Notes under the pieces: generated by a model
Databases searched by the model: none
What the model saw: the letters and a program-made list of their open reading frames with translations, nothing else
What the model was told of the DNA's origin: nothing
Source: an uncultured virus (IMG/VR IMGVR_UViG_2049941000_000054)
Lineage: Duplodnaviria; Heunggongvirae; Uroviricota; Caudoviricetes
Direction: 5' to 3' (one strand)
DNA: 64,000 nt
Virus record (IMG/VR): IMGVR_UViG_2049941000_000054
Shown here: positions 1 to 12,246 of the stretch, piece by piece
Position numbering within the stretch: position 1 is the stretch's first letter
How the letters are laid out: each line of letters begins with the position of its first letter
Program-made: the position numbers and the translations under genes

Positions 1-1018
1 TATCGGTGCTATTGCCGACAACATAGAGGGCTGGTCTGAAGTGTTTGGGAAAAACACGAAGGCTATCGACCGCCAAATAAAGGAGCAGTCCGACAATATC
101 GAAGAGCTTAAATATCAATACGACCGTCTCGGAGTGGCGATTGAGGACGCTTTTGGTTCTGATTATATTTATAATTTCCAAAAGCAGGTGGAGGTCTTGC
201 AGGCTCAGGCAGAGGCTTACCGTAAGCAGGCTGAACTGGAGCAGCAGAAGGGTGATAAGAAGAGGGATGATGAGAAGATCAAGGGCTACAAGAACTCGGC
301 TCGGGAGATTGAAGACCAGATAAAGGATATGCAAGGTCAACTTGCGGAGTTTTTCACTGGCACAGACCTTACGAGTGCGGCTCGGGATTTTGCCCAGGCG
401 TGGATTGAAGCATACAAGGAGTTCGGTAGTACCACGGATGCTATGAGGGAGAAATTCGACGAGATGATAGAGAATATGGTCGTTAATTCTCTCGCGGCAA
501 GACTTGTACAAGGCATTCTGAAGCCTATCTTCGACGAGATAGATAAGGCAGCGGGAGAGGGTGATCTCTCGGCTCAGAAGATCGGGGAGATTTCGGCACT
601 TGTTCCAACAGCAATCGAGAAAATCGACAATAGTTTGGGCACAATGGTGAGCCAACTCTCTACGGCCGGCATCAACCTTCGCCAGCAGGCTGGGCAGTTC
701 ACTGGCATTTCGCGCGACATCGCCGGGGCATCCGAGGAGTCGATTCTCGGGCTTGCAGCGGGCGTGAACACTGCGAACTTCTATATGTCTCACCTGCCTG
801 CGATTGCGGAAAACGTTGCCGCCTTGCGTGCTTACATCGTCGGAGATGCTGCAGCAACGGTCAGAACAACCGCTAGTGAGGGGCCTACGTATGAAGACCA
901 GATGCTTGGCTATGCGGCTAACTTGCCGATGATGAGGGACGATATGTATGCGGTAAGGTCGCTCCTGGAGAAGGTAATCAAGCCGGTAGGATCTGCCTAC
1001 TATGTTTTTGTTAGGTAG
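1..1018 (+). CDS. Tape measure protein, C-terminal part (truncated at window start)
   Basis: Long helical Ala/Glu/Gln-rich ORF open from the window edge, directly upstream of tail-tip genes. Confidence 0.75.
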   Translation, partial: IGAIADNIEGWSEVFGKNTKAIDRQIKEQSDNIEELKYQYDRLGVAIEDAFGSDYIYNFQKQVEVLQAQAEAYRKQAELEQQKGDKKRDDEKIKGYKNSAREIEDQIKDMQGQLAEFFTGTDLTSAARDFAQAWIEAYKEFGSTTDAMREKFDEMIENMVVNSLAARLVQGILKPIFDEIDKAAGEGDLSAQKIGEISALVPTAIEKIDNSLGTMVSQLSTAGINLRQQAGQFTGISRDIAGASEESILGLAAGVNTANFYMSHLPAIAENVAALRAYIVGDAAATVRTTASEGPTYEDQMLGYAANLPMMRDDMYAVRSLLEKVIKPVGSAYYVFVR

Positions 1019-1086
1019 ATGTTGCGCGATTGTTTAATCTTTAGTATTTTTACAACGTTACGCTAAACATCGAGACCAATTTTTGA

Positions 1087-1128
1087 GGGCGCCGTGGGTT
1101 GTGAAATTCGCGGCGTCCTGTTGTTTTT
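1087..1128 (+). terminator. Intrinsic terminator
   Basis: GGGCGCCGTGGG / TTCGCGGCGTCC hairpin followed by TGTTGTTTTT. Confidence 0.65.
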
Positions 1129-1143
1129 ATAGCTCCAACTCTT

Positions 1144-1151
1144 TATCTTTG
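1144..1151 (+). promoter_or_regulatory. Bacteroidetes sigma-A -7 element
   Basis: TATCTTTG matches TAnnTTTG, 7 nt before ATG 1159. Confidence 0.6.
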
Positions 1152-1158
1152 TGGTGCT

Positions 1159-1638
1159 ATGTTAACAGATTGGAAAAGACCGCTACGGCGTGAAGCCTCG
1201 CTACATGGTATGTGCGAGGAGAACCGTCATCTTCTCGAATCCGCAGAGACGAAGGATGATGTTATAGCACTATATACCAAGACGATAGACTGGGCACTGG
1301 AAGAGGGTTATCCTTCTATGACTGTTTTGCGCCAATACTTTTCGGACTGCGAGTATAAGGGGATCTTCATAGACAAGCATTTCAATGGTGAGACGCTCAT
1401 AGACCTTCCGGTATATGTATTCCATAACTGCACTGGCACGATCAAGACCGGGCTGAACATAGAGAAGAAGATTATCCCGATGCTTTACTTTGCAAACGGT
1501 TGCGATATGGATATAAGGGGCATCTCCGGAACCTATACTAGTCCGAGAGTTCCCCTGTATGTCTTCGGTCTCAATCGGATAAGCGGTGAGCACTCCGATG
1601 CTATCGATTGTATTACTTTCAAATTTGACACGAAATGA
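1159..1638 (+). CDS. Hypothetical protein (tail-module associated)
   Basis: 159-aa ORF with its own promoter; stop overlaps next start (ATGA). Confidence 0.7.
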   Translation: MLTDWKRPLRREASLHGMCEENRHLLESAETKDDVIALYTKTIDWALEEGYPSMTVLRQYFSDCEYKGIFIDKHFNGETLIDLPVYVFHNCTGTIKTGLNIEKKIIPMLYFANGCDMDIRGISGTYTSPRVPLYVFGLNRISGEHSDAIDCITFKFDTK

Positions 1639-1980
1639 TAAGGGTAAGGCTTAAAATAGGAGAAGACGGGGCGATCGTAGATACCGAGACCGCATACGGA
1701 TTCATCTACCTCTTGCTCATAGGCNNNNNNNNNNNNNNNNNNNNNNNNNNNNNNNNNNNNNNNNNNNNNNNNNNNNNNNNNNNNNNNNNNNNNNAATAAG
1801 GTAGAATTTTACAACGACTACAAGCGGCATAAGATTGTGGGGTATCCGCAGCCTATATCCGAAGCGACCGACTTTTGGAGAGACCGCAAGAACCAGCTCC
1901 AGGATATCGTTATCGTCGAGTTCCAAATAAGGGTGACAAAGCCTAGCCTGTGTGATTTTAATCTTCCTGCCGCATCATGA
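1635..1980 (+). CDS. Putative distal-tail-like protein (interrupted by N gap)
   Basis: MIRVRLKIGEDG... before the gap and ...KVEFYNDYKRHKIVGYP...VEFQIRVTKP after it; ATGA overlaps on both sides; position after the tape measure gene. Confidence 0.5.
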
Positions 1981-4900
1981 TCCCACAGATACAAGAGATA
2001 AATTTTCCGGATTATGTGACCCTGCATCAGGCGACGGTGAACTTTGCGACGATGGGCGACCGTTCCATCAGCACGCAAGTACGCATTGACGGAGATAGAG
2101 TCCCAGAGTTCGGTGTGACCGAGAACGGCGTATTCAAGCCGATGGAGTTGGTATTCCGCGGGGAGAGGTTTATCCTGCCGGTGAGAGAACCACAGGCGAG
2201 GAAGGACAACTCGACAAGGAATTCCCTCATTGACCTTAACTTCCAATCCTGGGTGGTATACCAGTTGAAGCGCTACTACTTTGTGGAGATGGCGTCGACA
2301 ACGTCCGGGACGGCCATAGCTGACAAGTACGAGGCTTCGCTTGTTCTTAATCTGGAGAATTTTGTCGATGCCTTCAACCTCGTGCTGGATCATTATTTCA
2401 ATGGAGAGATACAAATCTCCCTGTTCCAGCAAGGGCAGAATATATATCCGACGGATACGGTCGCCATTGAGATCAACTATTCGAAGATCTGGGATGTCCT
2501 CCAGAAAGTATACGAACTGTATAATGTCCGTTGGTGGATCGAATACAACTCTACGACCCATACCTATTACATAATGATGGGTTATGAGTCGCCAGCCATT
2601 GACGATCACGATTTCTCATACGGCTACCAGGGCGGTCTTATCAGCTTCGAACGCCAGGTGCAGGAAGAGGTGACCAACATCCTTCTTGGAAGGGGCGGCG
2701 AGAAGAATCTCCCGTACCGATATTTCAAGCGGGTAGATGAGCAGAACCCCGGCTGGACGGCAGATCCGGATGCTATTCCTGAGTTAGCGAACATTTACTT
2801 CGACAGGCTTAGGGACGCAACCTTCCGCTGGTATGTGAGAGGTTGGATGAAGAACTCCCACAGGGATACGAGTTGGGATTCTACGCACACATTCCCGTCA
2901 TATACCGAGACGGATATACCCGGTACGTCTGGCGATCCGCTCCACGATAACTATCTATTCGCCTTCCGCAAAGGCAAGACGGACACGAAGTTCGATCCGG
3001 TAGAGTACGTGCAGGATACGGACTCCATTGACATCTACGGCGAGATGTGGGGAGCCTTGGATAACAACGACGACATCTATCCTACTATACAGGGAGTGAA
3101 TCCGCCGAATGACAGCCCTGACGTGGGATTCGTCGATGTGGCTGTCGGTATCTCGCAGATAGTAACTGACGACATCCAGGCATATACACAGAACGCTGCG
3201 GTCGAGACGACCATTAAGGATATCCATCATAGTGAAACCGGGAGTATCGTTACACACTATGTGCTATTCTCGGATACATTTACGATTGCCGAGGGAGATA
3301 CGGGTAACATTACCTACCACCCATTGGCGAAGGATTCCGTCTGGCCCGCATATGTTTCGTACAACACGTCGGAGTCAAGTGTCGAGGTTATCCGAGAGTC
3401 TGACTTCCAGGTAATAAGTACAACGAACTCTTTTGACACGGCGGTTAACACTGGCGCAATCGCCGGTATTCCAGCAGGCACGTACAGACTGCGGCTGAAC
3501 CTTGTGCTTAATTGCACCGGTCCCGCTACGAGGGTGACCGGAACTTTTGGTCTTGAGAATATCGTCCTTACCACGTCGGCAATCAACACGAACGCTTGGA
3601 AGCCGACCTTCGACATCTGGGTAAAGAATATCTGGCAGACCACACAGGGGGCGAATGAGTCTGATACGGCATACTCAGAGAGGGTCTGGGGGCCGATCCT
3701 CGGAGACCGGGTAGGTAACCAGGCAAAGATAGTATTCTCGACCGGGCCGATGTCGATTTCGCAGGATTACGAATTTACGATAGCCAGTTATCCGGTTCCG
3801 GACAGGACAAGGACATATAACGGAGTCACTTCCGAATGGAGGATAACGGTCTACAAATGCGACGCGGAGTATCAAACGACCGGGCTGTACATTCCTAATG
3901 CTTCCTCGGCTCAACCGACCGCTGGTAACAAGTTCTTCTTCACTGGCATTGATATGCCGTTCCAGTACGTCCAGTGGGCGGAAGAGAGATTGAGCGCATA
4001 CAAGGCGACGCAGCTCGAGGATATGTCGGACGTAACTACGACCTGGGCTCTCAAGTTGGATAAAGTCCGCGTGCATACGCTCGAAGATGCAGATCTTGGA
4101 CAGTTGCTGGCAGACAGGCTGGATTCCGGCGTACTCATCAACACGACCGATCCGAGATTTACCCACGGCGACGTCTTGTCTCTTTACATCCAGTCCATAA
4201 CCTGGACTTGGAACGAGCCTACCAACGACAACCCTTACCTTGTGCCGGATATAGAGGTTGTGCTCGCAGACAAGGTCGTCGCAGTCAAGAGCCCGATAGC
4301 GGAACTGTCGGAAGAGGTTAACGTGATATCTGCGACCTATGTACAGACCCCGGATGTAGAGTCCGTGGTAAGGCGTGTCGCGGGGGCACTTTACCTGAAG
4401 AAGACTGGCGAGAGTGATACGTCTTCCTCTCCTACGAGTTTCTCAAGCAAGGTAACGAGCAGTAAGTTCAAGAAGGGAAGCATCGGCGGGCAAGGCTGGG
4501 GCTTCTATGAAGATAATTCACCTGCCTTCGATGTGCCGACCCANNNNNNNNNNNNNNNNNNNNNNNNNNNNNNNNNNNNNNNNNNNNNNNNNNNNNNNNN
4601 ACGACGGCAGCACTGATTCCAAGGCTGTCCTCGAAGTGGATAAACTCGTGGTGCGCGATGAACTGCACGTTAACGAATTGGTTGTGAACCAGGTCTCATA
4701 TCAAGGCGGCAAGGAGATTATCTCCGCTGCGGCGATGGAGGTTTCTATGGTTCGGGAAACCAATAATTCCTACATCTGCTATTTCGACCAAAAGCAGAAC
4801 ACTGTTGTCAACCTGTTCCAGGTAAATGACATCGCCTACGGGCAGGTGTGGAATGCCGATAATTCCGAACTGCGCTCATATAGAATGGTCGTGACGGCTG

Positions 4901-7038
4901 TCGACTCAAACAGCATCACGCTTTCGAAGGGCACGCGTTACGGCTCGGGTGCGCCGACGGTTGGCGACAAGATCGTCCAGTACGGCAACACGACGAATAC
5001 GTCCCGGCAGTATGTGATATTCCGCGATGTCATCGGTGGCGGCTATGAGCGGATGATCTCCGGTCTTAACTCCCCGTCGGCTTCCGGAACAGAGTATTAC
5101 TTCGCCGGAAGGGAAGGTAACAGTTCCCCGCGCTGGTTTGTCGGGCAGAAGACTAACGGCGAGTACGCGGAATGGGTTAACGGACACCTGAATATCAAGG
5201 GAGGCATTACGGTTACTTCCGGCTCTTCGGGTATGTCTAACTTCAGTGAGTATTCGGATCTCACAAGCAGTATAACATCGGTATCGAACAGTCTGACCAC
5301 ATTCCTCCAGACGACTTACCCATCAGACAAGCAAGGGCTCCAGGACGGGATGATCCAGACCTATTCCGGCACGAGTGCTCCCACGTGGACCGATGATAAT
5401 TCCAAGCACGTCGGGGATATCTGGTACGACCAAACCAACCAGATAACCAAGCGCTTTAGCGAGCAGTATACCTGGGAGCCTCTGACAGACGGCACGGCGG
5501 TAACTGCAGAAGCTCTGGCGCGGACTAAGTGTCGTGTGTTCTACGGACAGCCGACGGTACCTTACTCCCAGAACGACCTTTGGTTTAATAACGGCAAGGT
5601 ATATCGAGCCACGACGGGCAGAACTACGGGCTCATTTAATTCCGAAGAATGGGAGGAGGCTATCCTGCTCAATGCCAATGACAAGGCGGAGGTGAAGAGG
5701 GAGTGGCAGAAGATCCACGGCGAGGCGAATGTCACGGGGAATCCGTCGAACAAGGGGTCATATATCACGACTAAGAACATCGTAGAAAGCGCGGGGTACG
5801 GCGCTGAGGAGAACGTAGTTCTGACGTATGACGGCTATGTTCTGACATATGGCTCTAGCAATACCGACATCCTTCGCTATAAGGCGTCCGGTACTGCCGC
5901 ATTTGACGCTGCGTATAATGCACTCAAGACATATCTTACCACTTATACTCTGTATGACGGGAATGAGGAATGGCGGAGCGGCTATGATCCGGACGAACTG
6001 ACAAGATTGCTTACGGCATATTACACGGCGCAGACCGAGTTCCTCGCTAACGCACAGTTCTCCGTCGTCAGCGACCTCGAGTATCTGAAAGCGGCACTGC
6101 CGCAGGGGGCTTCTACCGACATAGAAGGGGGTGTCGTCCTCTCGACGATACTTGGTGTAAGGGACGAGAGTAACCACGTGACCGCCGGAATGAACGGGAA
6201 CGTCGGCGACCTCAACCCTATGCTCTGGGCTGGGTCCACGAACGCATCAACGATAAATAATGCCAAATGGCGCGTCTATAAGGATGGCCGGATGGTTCTC
6301 TGTGACAGCAGCGGAGGGAACTTCACTGTCATAGATGGTAACACCTACACCTTATCCGATGTTTTTGGCGCAGACGCGAGCAAGACCCTTACGGGCGGAA
6401 GCGCCACTGGTTCTGAGCCCCTTGTAGATGGCGGCGGACCTTTTGTCGTGACCATTAGCAATAATGTCCAGACTAACCTCGTTACCGACAAGGATGGCAC
6501 TTTTGCTTTCCCGAGCATAACTCTGTCCGGGAGGGTTGAGCGTTCAGACCCGGGCCAGAGGGTTACTGTCAATTCGGCACAGATAATGCTTAAGGTGGAC
6601 GGGCAAGAGGTCTCAAGTCTAAGCAATTCTTCCGTACAAGTCGGGTCTAACTTCTCGGATACGATTACCGGTGTGCAGATGTATCTTCCTGCCGGGACGC
6701 ATACGATTTCCGTGGAGGGTGTTTTCTATGGCGAGCACTATGGCGATGACCCTACCTTCACGACAAACTTTACCGCAGGCGTGACGTACGGAGGCAGCGG
6801 TACGCTGATTGTAAACCAGAAAAAAGCCCACCTGTGCTCCAACGGCTTCATCCTCGGGAAGTCGAACGTCGACTATATGCAGGCGACAGTCGACAGCAAC
6901 GGGATGAACTTCGTAGCCCGGAGCGGTAACGCAGGGGTAAAGGTCTATAATGGGGCATTAAAGCTCCTTCTTAACGGTTCGTGGTACACGGCATCGGAAG
7001 ACGGTGGATATTTGAAATTAACATCAACAACAGAATAA
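1977..7038 (+). CDS. Tail tip / host-specificity protein (ORFs 1977-4543 and 4601-7038 probably one gene across the N gap)
   Basis: N-terminal tail-hub-like region (LGRGGEKNLP), then LEVDKLVVR...V.GG.EIIS segment typical of Bacteroidetes phage tail proteins and HVGDIWYD/NDLW repeats; both frames run into the same gap. Confidence 0.7.
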
Positions 7039-7039
7039 T

Positions 7040-7285
7040 ATGGCAACAGAGAAATCAATCACTTCGGTGAGCGCTCTCAGTAATGAGGCAAACAACCTGT
7101 CCCAGTATTACTTTACAATGAGTAACTCTTCCGGAACGGCGGCAAGGCTTCCGGGCGGTAAGTTCGCCAATATCGTTATGGGTTCCGGCAGCCAGACCGG
7201 CATCAAGATCTGGGTTGGCACAAGCTCGAACCTTCCGTCAAGTTCCAACAGGGACTCGAATACGCTCTACTTCGTAACTGATTAG
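7040..7285 (+). CDS. Small tail-fibre-associated protein
   Basis: 81 aa ending in KIWVGT...RDSNTLYFV, a motif common in phage upper tail-fibre proteins. Confidence 0.5.
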   Translation: MATEKSITSVSALSNEANNLSQYYFTMSNSSGTAARLPGGKFANIVMGSGSQTGIKIWVGTSSNLPSSSNRDSNTLYFVTD

Positions 7286-7288
7286 GCT

Positions 7289-10052
7289 ATGTCGGTACTG
7301 TCAGGAAATAGTAATACGAATTTATCGACCATCCTCTACGGGGCTAACAAGACGGTCCAGGAGGTGTATTTGGGCAACGCCCTTGTCTGGTCTGCCCAGA
7401 GCACTTCCTTCTCTTTTAGCCCGACGACGTTATATAATCTGTCTAACGGCGGAGGATCTGTCGATATTACCTTCACCCCAGGTATAAGCGATTATGTTGC
7501 GGGTACTTGGCCGGCGTGGGTGTCTAGCGTAACGCCGACGGTCGTATCCGGTGTTACTACGAAGATTACGGTAACGTATGGGGAAAATGCGAGCACGAGC
7601 ACGCGAGACGGTAATCTAACTTTCTTCGCCGGTGGAGAAAACCGGACTGTTCCAATGAGCCAGCAGGCTGCAGATGTCACGGTCACGAGTGAATTGAACT
7701 TCGTGGGCGTAGGCGGGACGCAGAAGATCTATATTACAGGCTCATTCTCAAGTTGGCGGATTAATTCAGCACCTCTATGGGTGGATTATGCATCATCGAC
7801 AGGAACCACCTCTCCGATCGATATAACGGCAGACAGTAACGATACGGGTTCGTCAAGAGGTGGCACAATAAGTCTGACCGTTGATGGACACCTCTATTCT
7901 GTGGGTGTCATCCAAGCGGCGATAGAAGTCCATAAATTTAAGATCAATCCTACGCCTTCCAATGCGACGGTTCTTATTGATGGTCAGCAGAGGACTAATA
8001 ACGAGGCATACTTTGCCCCTACTACGGTAATCCCTTGGAGTGTTTCCGCGACCGGCTACGAAACGAAGACCGGGCAACTCCCGATGGGTTACACCGACTA
8101 CACGATGGACGTGACGCTGGTAGCGGCAACTTATACCTTATCCGTCAGTCCGACAAGCCGCGAGTTCGATTATGATGAGTACAGTTCTTCGGACGGGAAG
8201 TCTATCTCCATCACATCTAATCAAAGTTGGACTATTTCTGTCCCGACGGGATTCGCCATTTCCAGAAGCACGAGCGGCTCTGGTAACGCCACATTCAATG
8301 TATATCCGACATCGTATAACTCGGGCACGACAAACAAGACGGGCACGCTTACCATCACAGGGAACGATTCACAATTTGTGAATGTACAACTCACGCAGAA
8401 AGCCCTAATATTGACGATCGATCCTACCGAACTCAATGTATCTGCTTCCGGCGGATCGTACTCCGTATCTGTCGGTGATCCAAATAATTACGGATGGACG
8501 ATTTCGTCTAATCAGAGCTGGTGCTCTGTCGAGNNNNNNNNNNNNNNNNNNNNNNNNNNNNNNNNNNNNNNNNNNNNNNNNNNNCAACGCGACTGTTGCG
8601 GTCGGCATAGGCACGAATACGTCATCTAGTAGGTCTGCTACAATAACCTTGGCCTCCAGCACAGGCGATGGGACTAATCTGACTTGTTCCGTAGCCCAGT
8701 CGGCTGCACAGGCTATTACTTTCAGCCCGTCATCTGTCTCGTTTGCTGGCACGGGTTCCGAGGAAGTTATAGGCATCAATGGAACATTCTATGGGTGGGA
8801 GGTAACGTCTTGGCCTAATTGGTGTACCTGCGAAATGACTACGGGCGAGTCAAACAATCCGATACTGATAGAGGCGGGCGCAAATACGGGCAGTACAACA
8901 AGGACTGGCACTCTCGTGGTCGAAGTTGACGGCGTTGAGTATCAGATCCCTCTGTCACAGATAGCGGCATCGGCAGTAACCTACAACTTCATCGTCAGTG
9001 CTTCGCCGAGTGGTTGTACCGTATTGATTAACGACAGTGTGAGAACTAATAATACGTTTGCTTGCCCTGCCGGAACAGAAGTACGTTGGAGTGTTTCCAA
9101 GAGCGGCTATGTCACGCAGTCGGGAACATACACAATGACGGCCGAGAACCATACGGAGTCTGTTACCCTCGTGGCTGCCACTCTGTCTGTCACTACGCTT
9201 AACGGCACAAATAGTCTTACCTTTGACTACGATAAATATGGTTGGGCTAGCGGCTCGCAGTACGTTATAGTCAATTCCAATCAGAGTTGGACTATGACAA
9301 CTACAGGTGTCTTTAGGATAGGCTCGTCTGGGGCTACTACTATAAATAGGACTGCAGGCAATAATTCATACGACATCTTCCCAGCCTCAGCCAATACGGG
9401 CAGTTCGGCAAGGACCGGGACGCTCACCGTCACTGGTACTTATGGCGGCTCGGCTACAATTAACTTGACGCAGAACTACGATACAANNNNNNNNNNCACT
9501 CTTGATATTAATGATGCAAGTGCATACATGGAGGTCTATACGCCTTCCAATACGACACAGACAGGAGTCACTTGGTCTATCACAAGCGGTTCAAGTTATT
9601 GTACTGGTTCGGTCGAAGATGTCGGAGGCGGTGGAGATCCCTTTGTCCTCTATCCTACCAGCAGTGCCTATGTCGGTGCGACAATCACTATTAGGTGTCA
9701 GTCCACAGTCAATTCAAGCATCTATGCGACCAAGACAATAGCCGTAGTGGATGAGCTTGGGCCAGCCGTGGAACCGATTGATAGTGTCACAGTAAGTGGT
9801 TCCGACACAATCTATACTACAACTAATCAAGCCACCTATACGGCAACAGTTCTGCCTGCTACGGCAGAAGACAAATCAGTAACTTGGAGCGTGACAGGCC
9901 CGGATGCCAGTAAACTCAGCATCAATCAGAACGGAGTCGTGACGGTCAAGTCAACGGCAACCTATCTGGGACAGGCGAATGTTGTTGCAACGAGTAATGC
10001 CGACCCGACTGTTTCGGGAAGCCTGACAATCATGTTCAGATACAAGACATGA
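7289..10052 (+). CDS. Multi-BACON / Ig-like domain adhesin (one gene across small gaps)
   Basis: Repeated W...W...N.....R.G.I/L......V.Q units (BACON pattern), two PEGA-like units (P.NATVLI.G...W.VS..GY) and a C-terminal Big_2-like unit (ATVLPATAEDKSVTWS). Confidence 0.75.
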
Positions 10053-10426
10053 TAAAAGTCCTCTCATACCTTTGGCAGTTGCCCCAGAACCTCTTGGCTT
10101 TGGGGCTGCTGCTTCGCGGTTACGATGACGTGTTCCCGTACAAGGGTGCGATGGTCTATACCTGCACTTGGCTTAACGGAGGTGTGAGTCTCGGAAAGTA
10201 CATCTTGCTCAACACTCCCACAACCGTTGACATATGCCACGAATACGGGCATTGTAGACAAAGCAAGATGCTCGGCCCTCTCTACCTCCTTGTTGTCGGA
10301 TTGTGGTCTGCTATAAGGGCACAATTCCGACTATACAAGACCGGGAAATACTACAAGGGCTATCCGGAGGCTTGGGCGGATCGGCTCGGAGGAGTCGATC
10401 CTAGTCTGCGAGAAAATTGCATATAG
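10049..10426 (+). CDS. Membrane-associated protein with HExxH motif
   Basis: YLWQLPQNLL N-terminus, CHEYGH, LGPLYLLVVG hydrophobic segment, EAWADRLGG. Confidence 0.6.
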   Translation: MIKVLSYLWQLPQNLLALGLLLRGYDDVFPYKGAMVYTCTWLNGGVSLGKYILLNTPTTVDICHEYGHCRQSKMLGPLYLLVVGLWSAIRAQFRLYKTGKYYKGYPEAWADRLGGVDPSLRENCI

Positions 10427-10453
10427 CGCAGGTCGGCGTATTGACATTTTACT

Positions 10454-10461
10454 TATCTTTG
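10454..10461 (+). promoter_or_regulatory. Bacteroidetes -7 promoter element
   Basis: TATCTTTG upstream of ORF 10488. Confidence 0.55.
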
Positions 10462-10487
10462 CTACNNNNNNNNNNAGCAGAAAAAAA

Positions 10488-10844
10488 ATGGTTATGGATT
10501 GGGCAAACGGCATAGTGAATGAATCGGGCTGGAACGGCACCGGTTACAAATACGCTGTTGAGATAAACTGCAAGGACTTCAGTATGGATACTGACGACTG
10601 GACTATTACCGTAAAGAAAGGTAATAAGACGTTAGTATTCACCCCAGAGAATGCAGTGCATCATGTAGAAAACGAAGGACAGGAGAACGAGGTGTCGGAG
10701 TGGTATATCTGCGTCGAGTCCTCCTTACTGGGGCCGGGCACGTTAGAGGTGATATACGATGCTTGTGTTCCCGACGCTGACTTCCCTGACGGGATTCGCC
10801 ACGAAATTATTAAACAGAATTTGATTATTAACCAAAAGCTTTAG
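10488..10844 (+). CDS. Hypothetical virion protein (BppU N-terminal-like beta domain)
   Basis: 118 aa; PDADFPDGIRHE motif; tail-fibre context. Confidence 0.5.
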   Translation: MVMDWANGIVNESGWNGTGYKYAVEINCKDFSMDTDDWTITVKKGNKTLVFTPENAVHHVENEGQENEVSEWYICVESSLLGPGTLEVIYDACVPDADFPDGIRHEIIKQNLIINQKL

Positions 10845-10849
10845 TCTAA

Positions 10850-11068
10850 ATGGGATGCCTGAGCGTATCGCTACGGAGGATCGGCGGGATAACCGCGGAG
10901 GCCAGCAGGATCGGAGGAATGACAGCTTCCGCCAGGCGGGTCGGCGGGATGACTGCGCGCCTCGGACTGGTCTGCTCGACGGATCTTGGCGAATATATCC
11001 TTTGGGGACGTGACGGAATAATCTTCAACGTGTACGGTGATAAGATTTATTTAACTAAGAAACCATAA
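10850..11068 (+). CDS. Hypothetical protein with three 10-aa repeats
   Basis: RRIGGITA / SRIGGMTA / RRVGGMTA. Confidence 0.55.
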   Translation: MGCLSVSLRRIGGITAEASRIGGMTASARRVGGMTARLGLVCSTDLGEYILWGRDGIIFNVYGDKIYLTKKP

Positions 11069-11466
11069 TGGCGAAGGAGAGACTGACATACAACACCCCG
11101 GAGGTGCAGGCGATACTTGACTCGGTTGATGGGAAGGCATCCATCGAGCAGGGTACGACCGAATACTGGAACAATCGGACGGGGTACGTTCCGCCAGCAG
11201 GGACGATAATTGTCTATAATGACTATAAGAGCAAGGAAGTTGATGGCGAGACGATATATACTCCGGGCATCAAAATCGGCTCTGGTAACGGCTACGTCCA
11301 AGACTTAGCTTTCGTGGACGGCGACGTGTCAGATGCCTTGGTCAGCCACATCAACGACACTCTGGTTCATATCCAGTCCGGGGAACGGGAGTTTTGGAAC
11401 AGGAAATTGAACGTAGATGACAACATGGAAGTTGTAGATGAAACGTTGATATTTAACAGATTATAG
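11068..11466 (+). CDS. Tail-fibre N-terminal (hyaluronidase-N-like) domain protein
   Basis: W....YVP.AG.IIVY...KIG.G...V.DL.F and HI..GERE.WN motifs. Confidence 0.55.
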   Translation: MAKERLTYNTPEVQAILDSVDGKASIEQGTTEYWNNRTGYVPPAGTIIVYNDYKSKEVDGETIYTPGIKIGSGNGYVQDLAFVDGDVSDALVSHINDTLVHIQSGEREFWNRKLNVDDNMEVVDETLIFNRL

Positions 11467-11468
11467 AT

Positions 11469-12235
11469 ATGCCAAACATTAAGAAAGTAACGTTACCTTC
11501 GGGTAATACCTATGACCTCGTAGATGCGGGGGCGAGGGAGTTGATTTCAGCACTGAGCGGAAGCACGGCGTTCCNNNNNNNNNNGACCTGTCTTCCCTCG
11601 GAGACCTTGCCTATAAGGACACGGCAAGCGTCTCCTTCTCCGGCGGGACAACGGACAAGTGCTTGGGTTCTGATGCGACCTTCACGACTTCCGTAACTCC
11701 GACCACGACCAACATCAAGGCTACCGCATCAGGTACTGTGGTAGGAGCATCAAGTACGGACAAATGCCTCGGCAGCGATGCTACGTTCACTACTTCCGTA
11801 ACTCCAACAACGAGCAAGTTGGTTACGACCTCTGTACCGAATGTAACTGCGGCAGGGTCGGCCTCCACTTGGAGTTTCACGATGGGTACGGGGACTGATT
11901 CAGAGACCCTTATCATTTCGGGTGCGAACTCCACCGCCCCGACCCTCGGAACGGCTATCACGGCTGCGACTGGTTCGCTTGCCGCCAACGGTGGCGGAGC
12001 ATCCGTGGCAACGGGAATAACCTCGGCAACGACCACGACTAACAGTAAGGATGAAGTAACGGCTATCACGGGAGTATCTGTCACGACCCAGCCTACCATA
12101 GCCCTTGCGACTGGTGCAACCGCAGGGACTGGCGTTATCTCTGTCGCAACTGGGATTACCTCGGCTACGACTACTGCAAATAACAAGGATGAAGTAACAG
12201 CCGTGACCTCAATCGGAACGGGAACGGCATCATAG
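11469..12235 (+). CDS. Thr/Ser-rich tail fibre protein with internal repeats (across 10-N gap)
   Basis: MPNIKKVTLPSG.TYDLVD..ARE N-terminus; DKCLGSDATFTTSVTPTT twice; SVATGITSATTT..KDEVTA twice. Confidence 0.6.
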
Positions 12236-12246
12236 GAGGATAGACT

